This document shows positions 1 through 9,707 of a stretch of 64,000 nt of DNA, piece after piece; position 1 is the stretch's first letter, and each line of letters opens with the position of its first letter. Under the pieces are notes generated by a model that saw only the letters and a list, made by a program, of their open reading frames with translations, was not told the DNA's origin and made no database searches. A program made the position numbers and the translations under genes. This DNA comes from Actinomycetes bacterium (GTDB lineage Bacteria > Actinomycetota > Actinomycetes > JACCUZ01), in contig DATBDW010000228.1 in NCBI GenBank assembly GCA_036269735.1, positions 759 through 64,758 of the forward strand. The letters run 5' to 3'.

Positions 1-317
1 AGGACCTCTGGGTCGACGTCGACGCCGGCCGCCTTCAGACGCGCGTGGTCGTCGCCCGCACTCGTGGTCCTGAACCGAACGCCGGTGTCTACGCCGATCG
101 GCGACCCGGGCGGCGCCGGTGCGAGCGCGACCGTCGTGGTCGCGCCGTGCGGGGCCACCTCGACCCACCGCTGCCCCGGCGCGAACTCCACGTCCAGCCG
201 CTTCTCGAAGCCGAGCGTGCCGACGTAGAAGTCGATCGCCCGGTCGTGGTCGCTTACCGGTAGGCCGACCGTGCCGATCCCCGTGATGCCTGTCGCTGCG
301 GCTGCCTGGTCGCCCAT
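1..317 (-). CDS. VOC-family (glyoxalase/bleomycin-resistance fold) protein; 3' end cut by window edge
   Basis: Reverse translation from ATG (315-317) gives MGDQAAAATGITGIGTVGLPVSDHDRAIDFYVGTLGFEKRLDVEF..., the typical VOC N-terminal beta-alpha-beta module. The frame stays open to position 1. Confidence 0.6.
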   Translation of the reverse strand, partial: MGDQAAAATGITGIGTVGLPVSDHDRAIDFYVGTLGFEKRLDVEFAPGQRWVEVAPHGATTTVALAPAPPGSPIGVDTGVRFRTTSAGDDHARLKAAGVDVDPEV

Positions 318-416
318 CGCGGTCTCCTCGAGTCGTCGTTGCAGTCCACGTCACAACAGCAGACCGCGGGGCAGGGCGGGAGTCATCGCTCCCGCCCCGC
401 CCCGTCCGGCGCGTCG

Positions 417-1100
417 TCAGCCGAGCCGCGCCAGCTTGGCGTTCGCCGTCTGTACCGGCGCGATGGTGGGGTCGACGTCATAGGTGGCGTCGGCCCCGTT
501 CACGCGCCAGGCCACGATCGAGACCGCGGCTCCGCGGCGGGTGACGCCGACCCACTCGAAGGTCCCCTCGAAGGCACTGCGGTCGGTCTTGTAGACGAAC
601 GTGAAGTATGACGCCTTCCCGGCCGGCACGTCCACGGGGGTCGCGTTCCCGGTGAACAGCAGCCTGCCGGCCGACGGGATGCGGTCGCCCGTGTGCGTGC
701 GCCACGCCTTGACTTCGGCGTACGCCGCCTGCGCCTTCGCGGTGTCGGCGAACGTCAGGACGACGCTCGTCGCCTGCGCACCCGGCTCGACGAAGTCACG
801 ACGCGCCTTTGCCACGAAACCCAGGTCGGACAGCACACCTGTCTGGGACCTGCTCAGCCGGGTGTGCCGGGTGGCGGCCCGCGCCCAGTGCTGCTCGTCG
901 TTCACGACGGGCATCTGGTCGGCGCGCAGCAGCGCCCCGTGCGCGTCGTTGGGGTCGACCGCCGTTGTGGCGACGGGACTCGTGGTGGGAGCGGTCGACG
1001 CGTCCGCGGAATCCGCGAGGGCCGTGCCGGCGACGGTGGCCAGCGCGAGCGCGCCGGCGGCGAGTGCGGTACGACGGGAGGTGACGATGGTGCGGTTCAT
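417..1100 (-). CDS. secreted hypothetical protein with N-terminal signal peptide
   Basis: ORF 417..1193 is trimmed to the internal Met (MNRTIVTSRRTALAAGALALATVAGTALA), a signal/Tat-like N-terminus followed by an Ala/Thr-rich linker. No recognisable catalytic motif. Confidence 0.5.
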   Translation of the reverse strand: MNRTIVTSRRTALAAGALALATVAGTALADSADASTAPTTSPVATTAVDPNDAHGALLRADQMPVVNDEQHWARAATRHTRLSRSQTGVLSDLGFVAKARRDFVEPGAQATSVVLTFADTAKAQAAYAEVKAWRTHTGDRIPSAGRLLFTGNATPVDVPAGKASYFTFVYKTDRSAFEGTFEWVGVTRRGAAVSIVAWRVNGADATYDVDPTIAPVQTANAKLARLG

Positions 1101-1121
1101 GGTGGTCTCCAGGGCTGACGT

Positions 1122-1140
1122 GCCCGGGCCTGTCCCGGGC
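1122..1140 (-). terminator. GC hairpin (7-bp stem gcccggg/cccgggc, 5-nt loop) about 80 nt downstream of the PPOX stop; weak terminator candidate
   Basis: Perfect inverted repeat seen directly in sequence. No U-tract, so this is I-shaped/actinobacterial-type at best. Confidence 0.2.
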
Positions 1141-1220
1141 GACTCAGACCTGATGACCCGCCACCGGCCCTCTCGGTTGCACGTGTGGCGCACGTCACAC
1201 CGGCCGTAGGCCGAACCGCG

Positions 1221-1628
1221 TCAGAGCGGGCCGGCACCGGCCCAGGCGTGCCAGCGATCGACCTCGATGAGAGCACTCACGCGGTGCCGCTCGCGGTTGT
1301 GGAACGCCTCGCCGCCGTACCGCCGGCTGAGCAGGTCGATGTCGGCCAGGTCGGTGTCGTCGTACAGCTCGACGACCCGGCCGACCAGACTGACGTGCGT
1401 CGACCAGTCGCCCTCGTCGAGCACCGTCATGCTCACCCGCGGGTCGTTGCGCAGGTGCTTGAGCCGGACCCGGCCCTCGTCCATGTTGACCAGCACCCGG
1501 TCCCCCACCATCGCGTACCAGGTCGCGACCGAGACGGACTGCCCGTCGCGGCGCAGCGTCGTGATGACTGCAGGGTTCGCTGCCTCGAGCAGCGCGCGGA
1601 CCTGGTCCGTGAAGGGGAGCCGCGGCAC
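1221..1628 (-). CDS. PPOX-class F420-dependent / pyridoxamine 5'-phosphate oxidase family protein
   Basis: 135 aa, GTG start. Motifs ...VITTLRRDGQSVSVATWYAMVGDRVLVNMDEGRVRLKHLRNDPRVS... are typical of the PNPOx-like split-barrel F420/FMN-binding family. Confidence 0.75.
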   Translation of the reverse strand: MPRLPFTDQVRALLEAANPAVITTLRRDGQSVSVATWYAMVGDRVLVNMDEGRVRLKHLRNDPRVSMTVLDEGDWSTHVSLVGRVVELYDDTDLADIDLLSRRYGGEAFHNRERHRVSALIEVDRWHAWAGAGPL

Positions 1629-1629
1629 G

Positions 1630-2253
1630 TCAGAGGAAGCGGACCGGGTCGAACTCGTCGATCGGGATGACGCGGACCCGCGGCAACAGGCTGGTGAACG
1701 CCTTGACGTCGTCCTCCAGGTCGAAGATCTCCAGGCCCTTCTCGGTCAGGTCGGAGAACCCGAGGTTGACGAACTCCCGGAAACCGAGCAACCCGACCCG
1801 CCGGTCGCCGCCGAGCAGCGCCGCCACCTGCGGGTGGAAGTCGCCGTCGTGGCTGGCGAGCATGACGTCCCCGGACCGCTCACCGATCGCGTCCAGCGTG
1901 CGCTGCACCGCGATGTCGACGACCTTCTGCGTGCCGTCGCCTGACAGAGGGATCGGCCGGTAGTGCATCGCCAGCAGTGCGGACACGAACGACATGGGCA
2001 CGTGACCGTTGGTCGCGTTGAGGAAGAACAGTGCCTTGACGGGCTGGCCCCACTGGTTCTCCGCGAACTCTCGGACCCGCTCCCACCGCGGTCGCTCGTC
2101 CGGGTTGGGCCGCCGGTTGAGGACGCTCATGCCGAGCGTGGCGTCGATGTTCTCGCCGTCGACGACGAGGTACGTCGTGCGCTCACCCGCAGCGACAGCG
2201 GCTTCCGCCGGTGGCCCGGCGAGACCCGGCTCCGTGGTTGGCCCGTCGGTCAT
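1630..2253 (-). CDS. NYN-domain (LabA/PIN-like) protein
   Basis: 207 aa with YLVVDGENIDATL ... DIAVQRTLDAIGERSGDVMLASHDGDF, the conserved NYN/DUF88 acidic residues. Its stop lies 1 nt from the PPOX start. Confidence 0.75.
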   Translation of the reverse strand: MTDGPTTEPGLAGPPAEAAVAAGERTTYLVVDGENIDATLGMSVLNRRPNPDERPRWERVREFAENQWGQPVKALFFLNATNGHVPMSFVSALLAMHYRPIPLSGDGTQKVVDIAVQRTLDAIGERSGDVMLASHDGDFHPQVAALLGGDRRVGLLGFREFVNLGFSDLTEKGLEIFDLEDDVKAFTSLLPRVRVIPIDEFDPVRFL

Positions 2254-2282
2254 GTCCGCAGAGCCTAGGCCGAACGGCGCCG

Positions 2283-3644
2283 TCAGGCGCCCAGCGCCCG
2301 CCAGACGCCCGGCCCCGCGACCCCGTCGGCCTTCCAGTGGTGCGCAGTCTTGAACGCGTTGACCCTGGCCCTGGTGATCGGTCCGAACAGCCCGGTGCGG
2401 TACTTCGTACGCATCTCAAGCGCGCCCTGCAGGGCCTTCACCGCGACGCCGCGCGAGCCCACCTGCAGCGTCGTCCAGGTGAACTTGGTGATGCCCGAGC
2501 GGACCGGGATGGTCACGACCTGGCCGACCCGCAGGGTCGTGCTCGTCAACCGGCTCGCCGACGTGATCGCGTCGACCGTCGAGCGCCACCGGGTGGCGAG
2601 AGCGGAGAGCGTGTCGCCGCGCCGGACCGTGTAGTGCATCGCCGAGGGGAACGACCTCGCCGCGGTCACCGTCTGCGAGTCCGACGTCGGCAGAGTCGTG
2701 ACGGTCGGCGTGCCGCGCAGCGCCGTCCAGGTCGCCGGCGTCGTGGTCGCCGTGACCGGCAGGCCGTGCGCGGCCTGGAAGGTCCGCAGCGCGGCGTCGG
2801 TCAGCGGGCCGAAGTACCCCGTCACAGGGGTGACATGCAGCAGCCGCTGCAGCTGGACGGCGTACGGGCTGGTCATGCCCTGAGCGAGCAGCGGCGTGCC
2901 GGTCAAGGTCATCGGGTCGATCGGGGCCGGGCACGGCGTCGTCCGCGGCGCGGTCCAGACCGGGGCGGTCGAGCCGGCCACGGCGAGGCACGGGCCGTAG
3001 TCGGTCGGCGCCACCGTGCCGGTCCACCAGGACGTCTTCCTCATCGCACCGTTCCATGACAGCGAGATGTGGATGTGGTCGGCGTGCGACTCACCGCCGG
3101 TGTAGGTGCGCCACCCGTCCCCGGACCGGTAGGCGCCCCAGATCTTGCCGTCCCAGATCACGTACATGACGCCGAGCCGGCGGGCGTTGAGGGCGGCCAT
3201 GCCGTTCGGGCCGGGCGCCAGCAGCCAGGTGAGGAACTGGGTCGCGATCGCCATCTCGGCGGGTACCGCGGCGCTGAGGCCCCAGTCGAAGGCACGCCCC
3301 TCCTTGTGCTCGCTGGTGGCGCCGATGTCGCAGCCCCGCGTGATGCCGAGGTCGCGGCCGCCGTACGTCGTCATCAGCAGCGTGCGCAGCGCGGCCGTCC
3401 CGGGCTTGATCGTCGGGTCGCAGGAGTCCTGCGGCAGGTACGGCGAGAAGCCTTCCGTGACGGCCGGTGCGGCCACCGCGGAAACGGGGTCGGGGACCAC
3501 GGTCGCCGCGCTCGCGGGCGACCCGCCGGCCAGACCCAGGGCGAGCACCGCCGAGACGGCCACGACCACGGCCCCGGCGGTGCGCAGCACAGGACGGAGC
3601 GCCTGGAGCGGGCGGACGACGGGACGACGGTGGACGAAAGCCAC
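2283..3644 (-). CDS. secreted LAS/M15-type (VanY-like) metallopeptidase with LysM and two peptidoglycan-binding domains
   Basis: 453 aa. N-terminal signal/TM, then SEHKEGRAFDW (SxHxxGxAxD) and ESHADHIH, the LAS zinc-peptidase motifs. Followed by a LysM (YTVRRGDTLSALA) and two PG_binding_1-like repeats (YFGPLTDAALRTFQAAHGLP; GLFGPITRARVNAFKTAHHW). Confidence 0.7.
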   Translation of the reverse strand: MAFVHRRPVVRPLQALRPVLRTAGAVVVAVSAVLALGLAGGSPASAATVVPDPVSAVAAPAVTEGFSPYLPQDSCDPTIKPGTAALRTLLMTTYGGRDLGITRGCDIGATSEHKEGRAFDWGLSAAVPAEMAIATQFLTWLLAPGPNGMAALNARRLGVMYVIWDGKIWGAYRSGDGWRTYTGGESHADHIHISLSWNGAMRKTSWWTGTVAPTDYGPCLAVAGSTAPVWTAPRTTPCPAPIDPMTLTGTPLLAQGMTSPYAVQLQRLLHVTPVTGYFGPLTDAALRTFQAAHGLPVTATTTPATWTALRGTPTVTTLPTSDSQTVTAARSFPSAMHYTVRRGDTLSALATRWRSTVDAITSASRLTSTTLRVGQVVTIPVRSGITKFTWTTLQVGSRGVAVKALQGALEMRTKYRTGLFGPITRARVNAFKTAHHWKADGVAGPGVWRALGA

Positions 3645-3825
3645 GAGCGGGCACTCCCCTGGTGCTGGGTGCGAGGTACTGGATCATGCTCGACCGTCAC
3701 AGCCGCCACCTGAACCCCTCTTGCCCCAAAACCGGTCAAGTCTTGGCAAGGTCCCCGGTGCGTCGGCTTGCGTTACGCCGAGAACCCGCTCGGCCGGCCC
3801 CGCACCGGGCGGGCAGACTGCCCTG

Positions 3826-4761
3826 ATGAGCGACCCGAGGACGGCCGAGTCCCGGTACGACGCGCTGTTCGCGACCGTCTTCCCGCTGTACCAGCAGGGG
3901 CGGTACGTCGACGCGCTGGCCCGGCTGGACGAGGACCCGGGCGACCTCGCCGAGTGGTCGGCGATGGTCACCGAGATCCGGGCCTGCCTGCTCGCGCTCA
4001 CTGGTCGGATCGACGCCGCCCTGGCCACCCTCCAGGGCGGCCTGGACGCGGGCGAGTGGTGGGACCCGCACATGCTCGACCGCGACCCGGACCTGGCCAA
4101 GGCCCGCGACCTCCCCGGCTACGACGCGGTCCTCAGGGAGTCCGGCGCCCGCGCCGCCGCCTACAACTCCGCGGCCTCGCCCGGGCCGCCGGTCGTCGTG
4201 CACCCGGCCGGGACCGCCCGCGGTGTGCTCGTCGTGCTGCACGGATCAGGCGGGCGGCCGGCCAAGACGGCCGAGCAGTGGTCCGCGGCGGGGCGGGCCG
4301 GAGTGGTCGTGCTGGCCGCCCGATCGAGTCATCGCACGACTCCGGCCACCGCGAGCTGGGTCGACGAGAGCACCGCCGCGCGCGACCTGCGTTCGGCACT
4401 CGATCACCTCGATGCCGACACCGCCGCCCTGCCCGTGATCGCCGCCGGCTTCTCGGCAGGCGGCCGCGCCGCGCTGCAGTGGGTGGTGGCCGCCGATCCG
4501 GTCCCGGTCCACGGCGCCGTCCTGGTGGCCCCTTCGCTGCTTGCCGAGCAGGTGCCCCAAGAGATCGAGAGTCCATTGCACGGTCTCGCCCTCGTCGGCG
4601 GCGACGACCCGATGGGCGTCGGCATGCTGACCCGTGGCGACGCACTGCGCCGGGCCGGCCTCGTCATCGAGGAGCTCCCCGGCGTCGGGCACGCCTACCC
4701 GGACGACTTCGACGCTCGCCTCACCCGCGCGCTCGACGAGCTCCTCACCCGAACCGACTGA
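3826..4761 (+). CDS. alpha/beta-hydrolase (dienelactone hydrolase / carboxylesterase-like)
   Basis: Only the C-terminal 311 codons of ORF 3145..4761 look genuine. It starts at ATG 3826 (MSDPRTAE) and carries VVLHGSGG, a nucleophile-elbow-like AAGFSAGG and GVGHAYP. Confidence 0.7.
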   Translation: MSDPRTAESRYDALFATVFPLYQQGRYVDALARLDEDPGDLAEWSAMVTEIRACLLALTGRIDAALATLQGGLDAGEWWDPHMLDRDPDLAKARDLPGYDAVLRESGARAAAYNSAASPGPPVVVHPAGTARGVLVVLHGSGGRPAKTAEQWSAAGRAGVVVLAARSSHRTTPATASWVDESTAARDLRSALDHLDADTAALPVIAAGFSAGGRAALQWVVAADPVPVHGAVLVAPSLLAEQVPQEIESPLHGLALVGGDDPMGVGMLTRGDALRRAGLVIEELPGVGHAYPDDFDARLTRALDELLTRTD

Positions 4762-5425
4762 TGCAACGGCGGAAGCAGTCAGCGGCCCCGACCATTTCCG
4801 CCCGGGAGGCGGGCATGAGCGAACAGGGCAGGCGGGCACCGCTCCCGTCGTAGGCCATCCCACGGGGATGGTGATGCAGGAGGAACTGCTGGACAGGTCG
4901 TAGCCAAGCGGCACCGAGTACCACGCCATCCGGGTCAGGGAGGTGTTCTCCGGGCTCATCCCGATGCGGAGCTGCCGGGGCCATCCCGCCGGTCGTCCTC
5001 GGAGCCGCCGGGCGGTAGCGGCGCAAGGCGGAGCGTCTACTCCGATTCCCGTGCCGCGATCCGGAGAGGGTCGGCGTCGGTCACCGATCGCGTCGAAGGT
5101 GTGGTGGGCGACATCGCGCCGCCACCCGCCTGCGTCGCCGTGCTCGCACCGGACGGTGACCCATGGCTCGGCGGCGCCGCCCTCCCGCTGTCGCAGCCGG
5201 CCGCCGGGATGAGCCGCTGGCCTCGCATGGGTCAAGATCGTGCCCGGCGATCATCGAGACCGATTCGATACCAGACGCGACCCGATTGGCCAGTTGCGCG
5301 GCAACGGCACCTGCGCGTCACGTTCAGGATGGGTGCGATCAACCGTTCGAAGGCTCCGCCCGATCCCCGTCTCTAGACTCACGGCGTGGACGTGCGGCTT
5401 CTGGGTGCCTGAGGGTGCCTTACGC

Positions 5426-6526
5426 GTGAGGGTGGCCCTGCTCTATCGCGGGAGGACCCCGACGGACCCGCTCAGCGCCAGGCTCGAGCCGATGGCGGCG
5501 GCGCTCGATATGGCAGGCATGTCGGTGGAACCCGTGGCGTACGGCGATTCCTGGGCGGCCGCTGTGATTCGTCGCCTGGTCGATGTGGCCGGTGTCCTTG
5601 TGTGGGCGGACCCGATCAGCGACGAGGGAGACCGCCGCCGTCTCGACCAGGTGCTCAGGGAGGCTGCCGCGGCCGGGGTGTGGCTGGGCTCCCATCCGGA
5701 TGTCATCGACCGGATCGGCACCAAGGAGGTCTTGGTTACGACTCGGGATCTGGGGTGGGGCAGTGACAGCCACCTCTACCGAACCCGGGAGGAGCTGCGG
5801 CGCGAGTTTCCCCGGCGGCTGGCCGCGGATGGCGTGCGCGTGCTGAAGGCCAGTCGTGGCAACGGGGGCCGCACCGTCTGGAAGGTCCAGCTGCCGCACG
5901 GCCCCGCCTCCGCACGGGAGGTGCCGGTCCACGCGTCTGTGCGAGTGCAGCACGCGCGGGTGCGAGACAGCTCCGCGACGCTGATGTCGATGGCGGAAGT
6001 ACTGGCGGTTGCCGGGGAAGTCTTCGAAGCCTGGGACGGCACCGGCCGGCTGGTCGACCAGGAGTTCGTTGCTGGCATCACCCGAGGCATCGTGCGCTGC
6101 TACCTGGTCGGTGGGCGTGTCGTCGGCTTCGCCCGCCAGTACCCCGACGGTGCACGACCACGCGGAGCACTCGACACGCTGCCCGCGCCGGGTTCGACGC
6201 CGGATGCCGTGATGGGCCTGCCGTCGGCCAAGACGATGTACCCACCTGGGGAACCGGCCCTCGCCGAGCTCCGGGAGAGCCTGGAGACCGACTGGGTGCC
6301 CGGCATGATGTCCCAGCTCGGTCTGGAGGTGGACCGGTTGCCGGCGCTGTGGGACGTGGACCTGCTACTGGCTGACCCTGCGGACCCGAAGCGCGCCGCA
6401 CCGGCCCGGTTCGTTCTGTGCGAGATCAACGCGAGCAGCGTCATCCCGTTCCCGCCCGAGTCGCCCACCCAGGTGGCCGCCCACGTCAGCGAAGCCATCG
6501 GCCGCCGCAATCGAGACCGCTCCTGA
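5426..6526 (+). CDS. ATP-grasp fold protein (RimK/glutathione-synthetase-like), function unknown
   Basis: Pre-ATP-grasp N-domain, then VRVLKASRGNGGRTVWKV and QEFVAGITRGIVRCYLVGGRVVGFA, resembling the ATP-grasp P-loop and large-loop regions. The start is set at an in-frame GTG (VRVALLYRG); the upstream part of ORF 5240.. looks non-coding. Confidence 0.55.
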   Translation: MRVALLYRGRTPTDPLSARLEPMAAALDMAGMSVEPVAYGDSWAAAVIRRLVDVAGVLVWADPISDEGDRRRLDQVLREAAAAGVWLGSHPDVIDRIGTKEVLVTTRDLGWGSDSHLYRTREELRREFPRRLAADGVRVLKASRGNGGRTVWKVQLPHGPASAREVPVHASVRVQHARVRDSSATLMSMAEVLAVAGEVFEAWDGTGRLVDQEFVAGITRGIVRCYLVGGRVVGFARQYPDGARPRGALDTLPAPGSTPDAVMGLPSAKTMYPPGEPALAELRESLETDWVPGMMSQLGLEVDRLPALWDVDLLLADPADPKRAAPARFVLCEINASSVIPFPPESPTQVAAHVSEAIGRRNRDRS

Positions 6527-6630
6527 GCCGGCGCACGACACGCAGCCCCAGGCCGTCGGGATGGGCTCCTCGCAGATCGGCGCCAACCGTTGCTCCCTGA
6601 CCGCGGCGTGCGCAGGGATCCCGGCGGGCC

Positions 6631-8088
6631 ATGCCGCTCGCTGAATGGTCGCGGTTGCGCCCCGCGGGCTGGGTGTGGCAGGAAGTCCCAGTGACGTTCT
6701 CGGGTGACCGGCCCGACCAGCCCCCGCAGGGCGCAGGCGGGCTGATTCCGCTCGGTGAGGCGACTCGTGCCTGGTTCGCGATCTCTTTGCAGACGTTCGG
6801 CGGCCCCGCTGGGCAGATCGCTGTGATGCAGCGCGCACTGGTAGATGAGAAGCGCTGGATCGGGCAGAAGCGATTTCTTCATGCGCTCTCCTTCTGCACG
6901 CTGCTTCCGGGGCCAGAGGCTCAGCAGTTGGCGATCTACATCGGGTGGCTGCTGAATGGGGTGCCGGGTGGGCTGATCGCCGGAATCCTGTTCGTGCTCC
7001 CGGGGGTGGTCGCGCTTCTCGGCCTGTCCGCCCTCTACGTGGGCGCCGGGGACACGGCCGTCGTCACCGCTGTTCTCGCCGCTGTCGCGCCAGCGGTGCT
7101 GGTGATCGTCGCCCAAGCCGTGGTGCGCGTCGGTGGTCGAGCACTGGGGCATCCCGCGCTCATCACGCTGGCCGTGGCCGCGTTCGTGGCCTTATCGGTG
7201 TTCAAGACTCCGTTCCCGATCGTCATCGGTGCAGCAGCCGCGATCGGATGGGCCCTCGGGCGCTGGGCACCCGACACCATGAACGGCCCGGCGCCCCGCA
7301 CCGATGTGCCCGACGGTCCGACGCCCCTGGTCTCCGACGACCTGCTGTACGCCGAACGCCCGAGCCGGATCCATGCCGCGACGGTGATCGGCGTGGGCCT
7401 GGTCGCGTGGGCTGTCCCGGTGGGGGCGGTGGTCGCACTGGCGGGCCGCGGGAGCATCTTCGCCGACATGGCGCTGTTCTTCACTGGCGCTGCGTTGGTC
7501 ACATTCGGAGGCGCCTACGCAGTTCTGGCCTACGTCGCGCAGAAGGCTGTGCAGTTCTACGGCTGGCTCACGCCGAGCGAGATGATCACCGGTCTGGCAC
7601 TGGCAGAGACGACCCCCGGGCCGCTGATCATGGTCGTCCAGTTCGTGGCCTTCGTCGGTGCTTACCACGAGCCAGGCTCGCTCAACCCGTGGCTAGCGGC
7701 CGTCCTGGCATCGCTCCTGACCACCTGGGTGACCTTCGTGCCGTGCTTCGTGTTCGTCTTCGTTGGCGCCCCCTATGTGGAACGCCTCCGCGGCAACCAC
7801 GCACTCTCGGCCGCCTTGACGGGGATCATGGCGGCGGTCGTCGGCGTGATCGCGAACCTGGCGATCTACTTCGCCATCCACACCCTGTTCCGCGACGTCA
7901 GCACGGTGACATGGGGACCGGTCCAACTCCAACTGCCGGACCTCGCCAGCCTCAAGCCGCTGTCACTCGCGGTTGCCGGGCTTGCGACGATCCTGCTCTT
8001 CCGCGCCCGATGGTCCGTACTACGCACCCTCGGCGCGTGCGCCCTGATCGGGCTCACGGCTGGACTCGTCGGGGTGGTCGCGACCTAG
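6631..8088 (+). CDS. chrA: chromate transporter ChrA (two fused CHR domains)
   Basis: 485 aa, about 12 TM segments. Motifs FGGPAGQIAVMQRALVDEKRWI...LPGP and a second GGAYAVLAYV...TPGP half. The start could instead be the downstream GTG. Confidence 0.8.
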   Translation: MPLAEWSRLRPAGWVWQEVPVTFSGDRPDQPPQGAGGLIPLGEATRAWFAISLQTFGGPAGQIAVMQRALVDEKRWIGQKRFLHALSFCTLLPGPEAQQLAIYIGWLLNGVPGGLIAGILFVLPGVVALLGLSALYVGAGDTAVVTAVLAAVAPAVLVIVAQAVVRVGGRALGHPALITLAVAAFVALSVFKTPFPIVIGAAAAIGWALGRWAPDTMNGPAPRTDVPDGPTPLVSDDLLYAERPSRIHAATVIGVGLVAWAVPVGAVVALAGRGSIFADMALFFTGAALVTFGGAYAVLAYVAQKAVQFYGWLTPSEMITGLALAETTPGPLIMVVQFVAFVGAYHEPGSLNPWLAAVLASLLTTWVTFVPCFVFVFVGAPYVERLRGNHALSAALTGIMAAVVGVIANLAIYFAIHTLFRDVSTVTWGPVQLQLPDLASLKPLSLAVAGLATILLFRARWSVLRTLGACALIGLTAGLVGVVAT

Positions 8089-8293
8089 ACACTCCGGCGC
8101 CCAAGCGAGACGCACCCACCTCGGCAAGACAGCGGACCGTCAATGGGCCTGAGGCCCTGCCGGCCGGCGGCTGGGTGGCGCCGGCGTCGAACTACAACAG
8201 CGCCTCGCAATCGGCGGATCAGTGCGGCGAAAAGACAAGCGCGCGGAACGTGTCGCTCCGGCTCGGAACGACTGTGGGCCATACATTGCTCAG

Positions 8294-8932
8294 ATGGCAG
8301 ACATCCTCCTTGGCCTCCTGGCGATCATTGCTGGCGGCGCCATGCTCTTCGCGGGCCAGTTCGTGCTGCGGCTCGTGATCCCCATCTGGGGCTTCCTTGC
8401 CGGGTTCGCCTTCGGTGCCGGACTCGTCGCCGACCTCGCCGACGAGCGGTTCCTCGGGACCGTGCTCGGCTGGGTGCTGGGCCTGGTCTTCGCCGTGGTG
8501 TTTGCGGTCCTCGCGTACCTGTACTACTACGTCGCGATCGTTCTTTCGATGGCGGCGTTCGGCTTCGCGATCGGCTCAGGGCTGGTCGTCGCCCTCGGCG
8601 TCGACTGGAACTGGGTGGCCGTGCTGGTGGGCACGGTCGTCGGCGTGATCCTTGGCCTCGTGTCGATCTTCGTCAACATGCCGGTGATCGTGCTCGTCGT
8701 TTTCAGCTCGTTTGCGGGCGCCGTCGGGGTGGTTGGTGGCGTGATGCTGCTCGTGGGCTCGCTGAACTCCGCCGACTTCACGAGGGGCGACTTCACCAAC
8801 ACCGTCGAGAACGGCTGGGCCTGGTCACTGCTCCTACTGGCGCTGGCGCTGGTCGGGATCTTCAGCCAGGCCCTGCAGAGGGTCGTGCTGCGCCGCACCA
8901 TCCACGAGACTTGGTACGCCGAGACTCCCTGA
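8294..8932 (+). CDS. integral membrane protein (DUF4203/TM7-like), function unknown
   Basis: The internal ATG (MADILLGLLAIIAGG...) starts a very hydrophobic Gly/Ala/Val-rich protein with about 7 TM helices. Confidence 0.55.
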   Translation: MADILLGLLAIIAGGAMLFAGQFVLRLVIPIWGFLAGFAFGAGLVADLADERFLGTVLGWVLGLVFAVVFAVLAYLYYYVAIVLSMAAFGFAIGSGLVVALGVDWNWVAVLVGTVVGVILGLVSIFVNMPVIVLVVFSSFAGAVGVVGGVMLLVGSLNSADFTRGDFTNTVENGWAWSLLLLALALVGIFSQALQRVVLRRTIHETWYAETP

Positions 8933-8981
8933 CCCGGACCGTTCGCGGCGGATCGACACGCGTGGGTAACGCGCCCGCGCG

Positions 8982-9422
8982 TCAGCCGATCTGCTCGAAC
9001 AGGGACACGATGATCCCTTCGGGCCCGCGCACGTAGGCCATCCGCACGCTGTTCTCGTACTCGCCGATGCCGCCGACGAGCCCGTACCCGTCCGCGGCCA
9101 CCGCATCGACGGCCGCTTCCAGGTCGCCGACCTCGAAGGACACGTTGCGCAGGCCAAGGTCGTTGGCCATCGCCGCGGGCGATCCGGGGACGTGGTCGGG
9201 CGTGATGAAGCTCGCAAGCTCCAGCCGGGACCCACCGGCCGGCGGCCGAAGCATCGCGATCTCACAATGCGCTCCTGGGATGCCGCAGACGGTCTCCACG
9301 AACTCGCCCTCCACGGATCCGGTGCCCTCGACCTCGAGACCCAGTCGGACGAAGAACGCCGTCACCGAGTCGAGGTCCGAGACGGTGATGCCGACGTGGT
9401 CGAAACGTTGTACGTGTGCCAT
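8982..9422 (-). CDS. VOC-family protein (glyoxalase-like)
   Basis: MAHVQRFDHVGITVSDLDSVTAFFVRLGLEVEG..., with two beta-alpha-beta-beta-beta modules. The start is the internal ATG of ORF 8982..9491. Confidence 0.75.
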   Translation of the reverse strand: MAHVQRFDHVGITVSDLDSVTAFFVRLGLEVEGTGSVEGEFVETVCGIPGAHCEIAMLRPPAGGSRLELASFITPDHVPGSPAAMANDLGLRNVSFEVGDLEAAVDAVAADGYGLVGGIGEYENSVRMAYVRGPEGIIVSLFEQIG

Positions 9423-9707
9423 GGGACTTATCCTCCAACGGTGGTCATGCTGATTCGCTGCCGGGACGGCCCCGGGGCTGGGATCTCGCATGTTCTTGCC
9501 GCAAGGCTGCGGTCAGGCCAGATCTCGAGGGGCCGCCCGGGAACGACAGGTTGGTCTCGCCCCGGGAGTGCGCACCACGGCTCAGCGACCTGATGACACC
9601 TGATGAGTTGACCGTCGGGCCGCGTCCCGGTCGTGGCCGGGTTTGCTGAGGCGTACTGGACCGTACCTGCCCCGGCAGGCAAAGACTCGATGCACGGAAG
9701 GTGCCCG

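Noticed and set aside
3145-4761. 538-aa plus ORF
   Set aside because: The upstream about 227 codons overlap the M15 peptidase gene on the opposite strand and are Pro/Arg/Ala-rich GC noise. The real gene starts at the internal ATG 3826.
4815-4853. 12-codon SD-preceded mini-ORF (MSEQGRRAPLPS) as a real gene
   Set aside because: It is too short and unremarkable to call a CDS. It is kept only as part of the leader-region finding.
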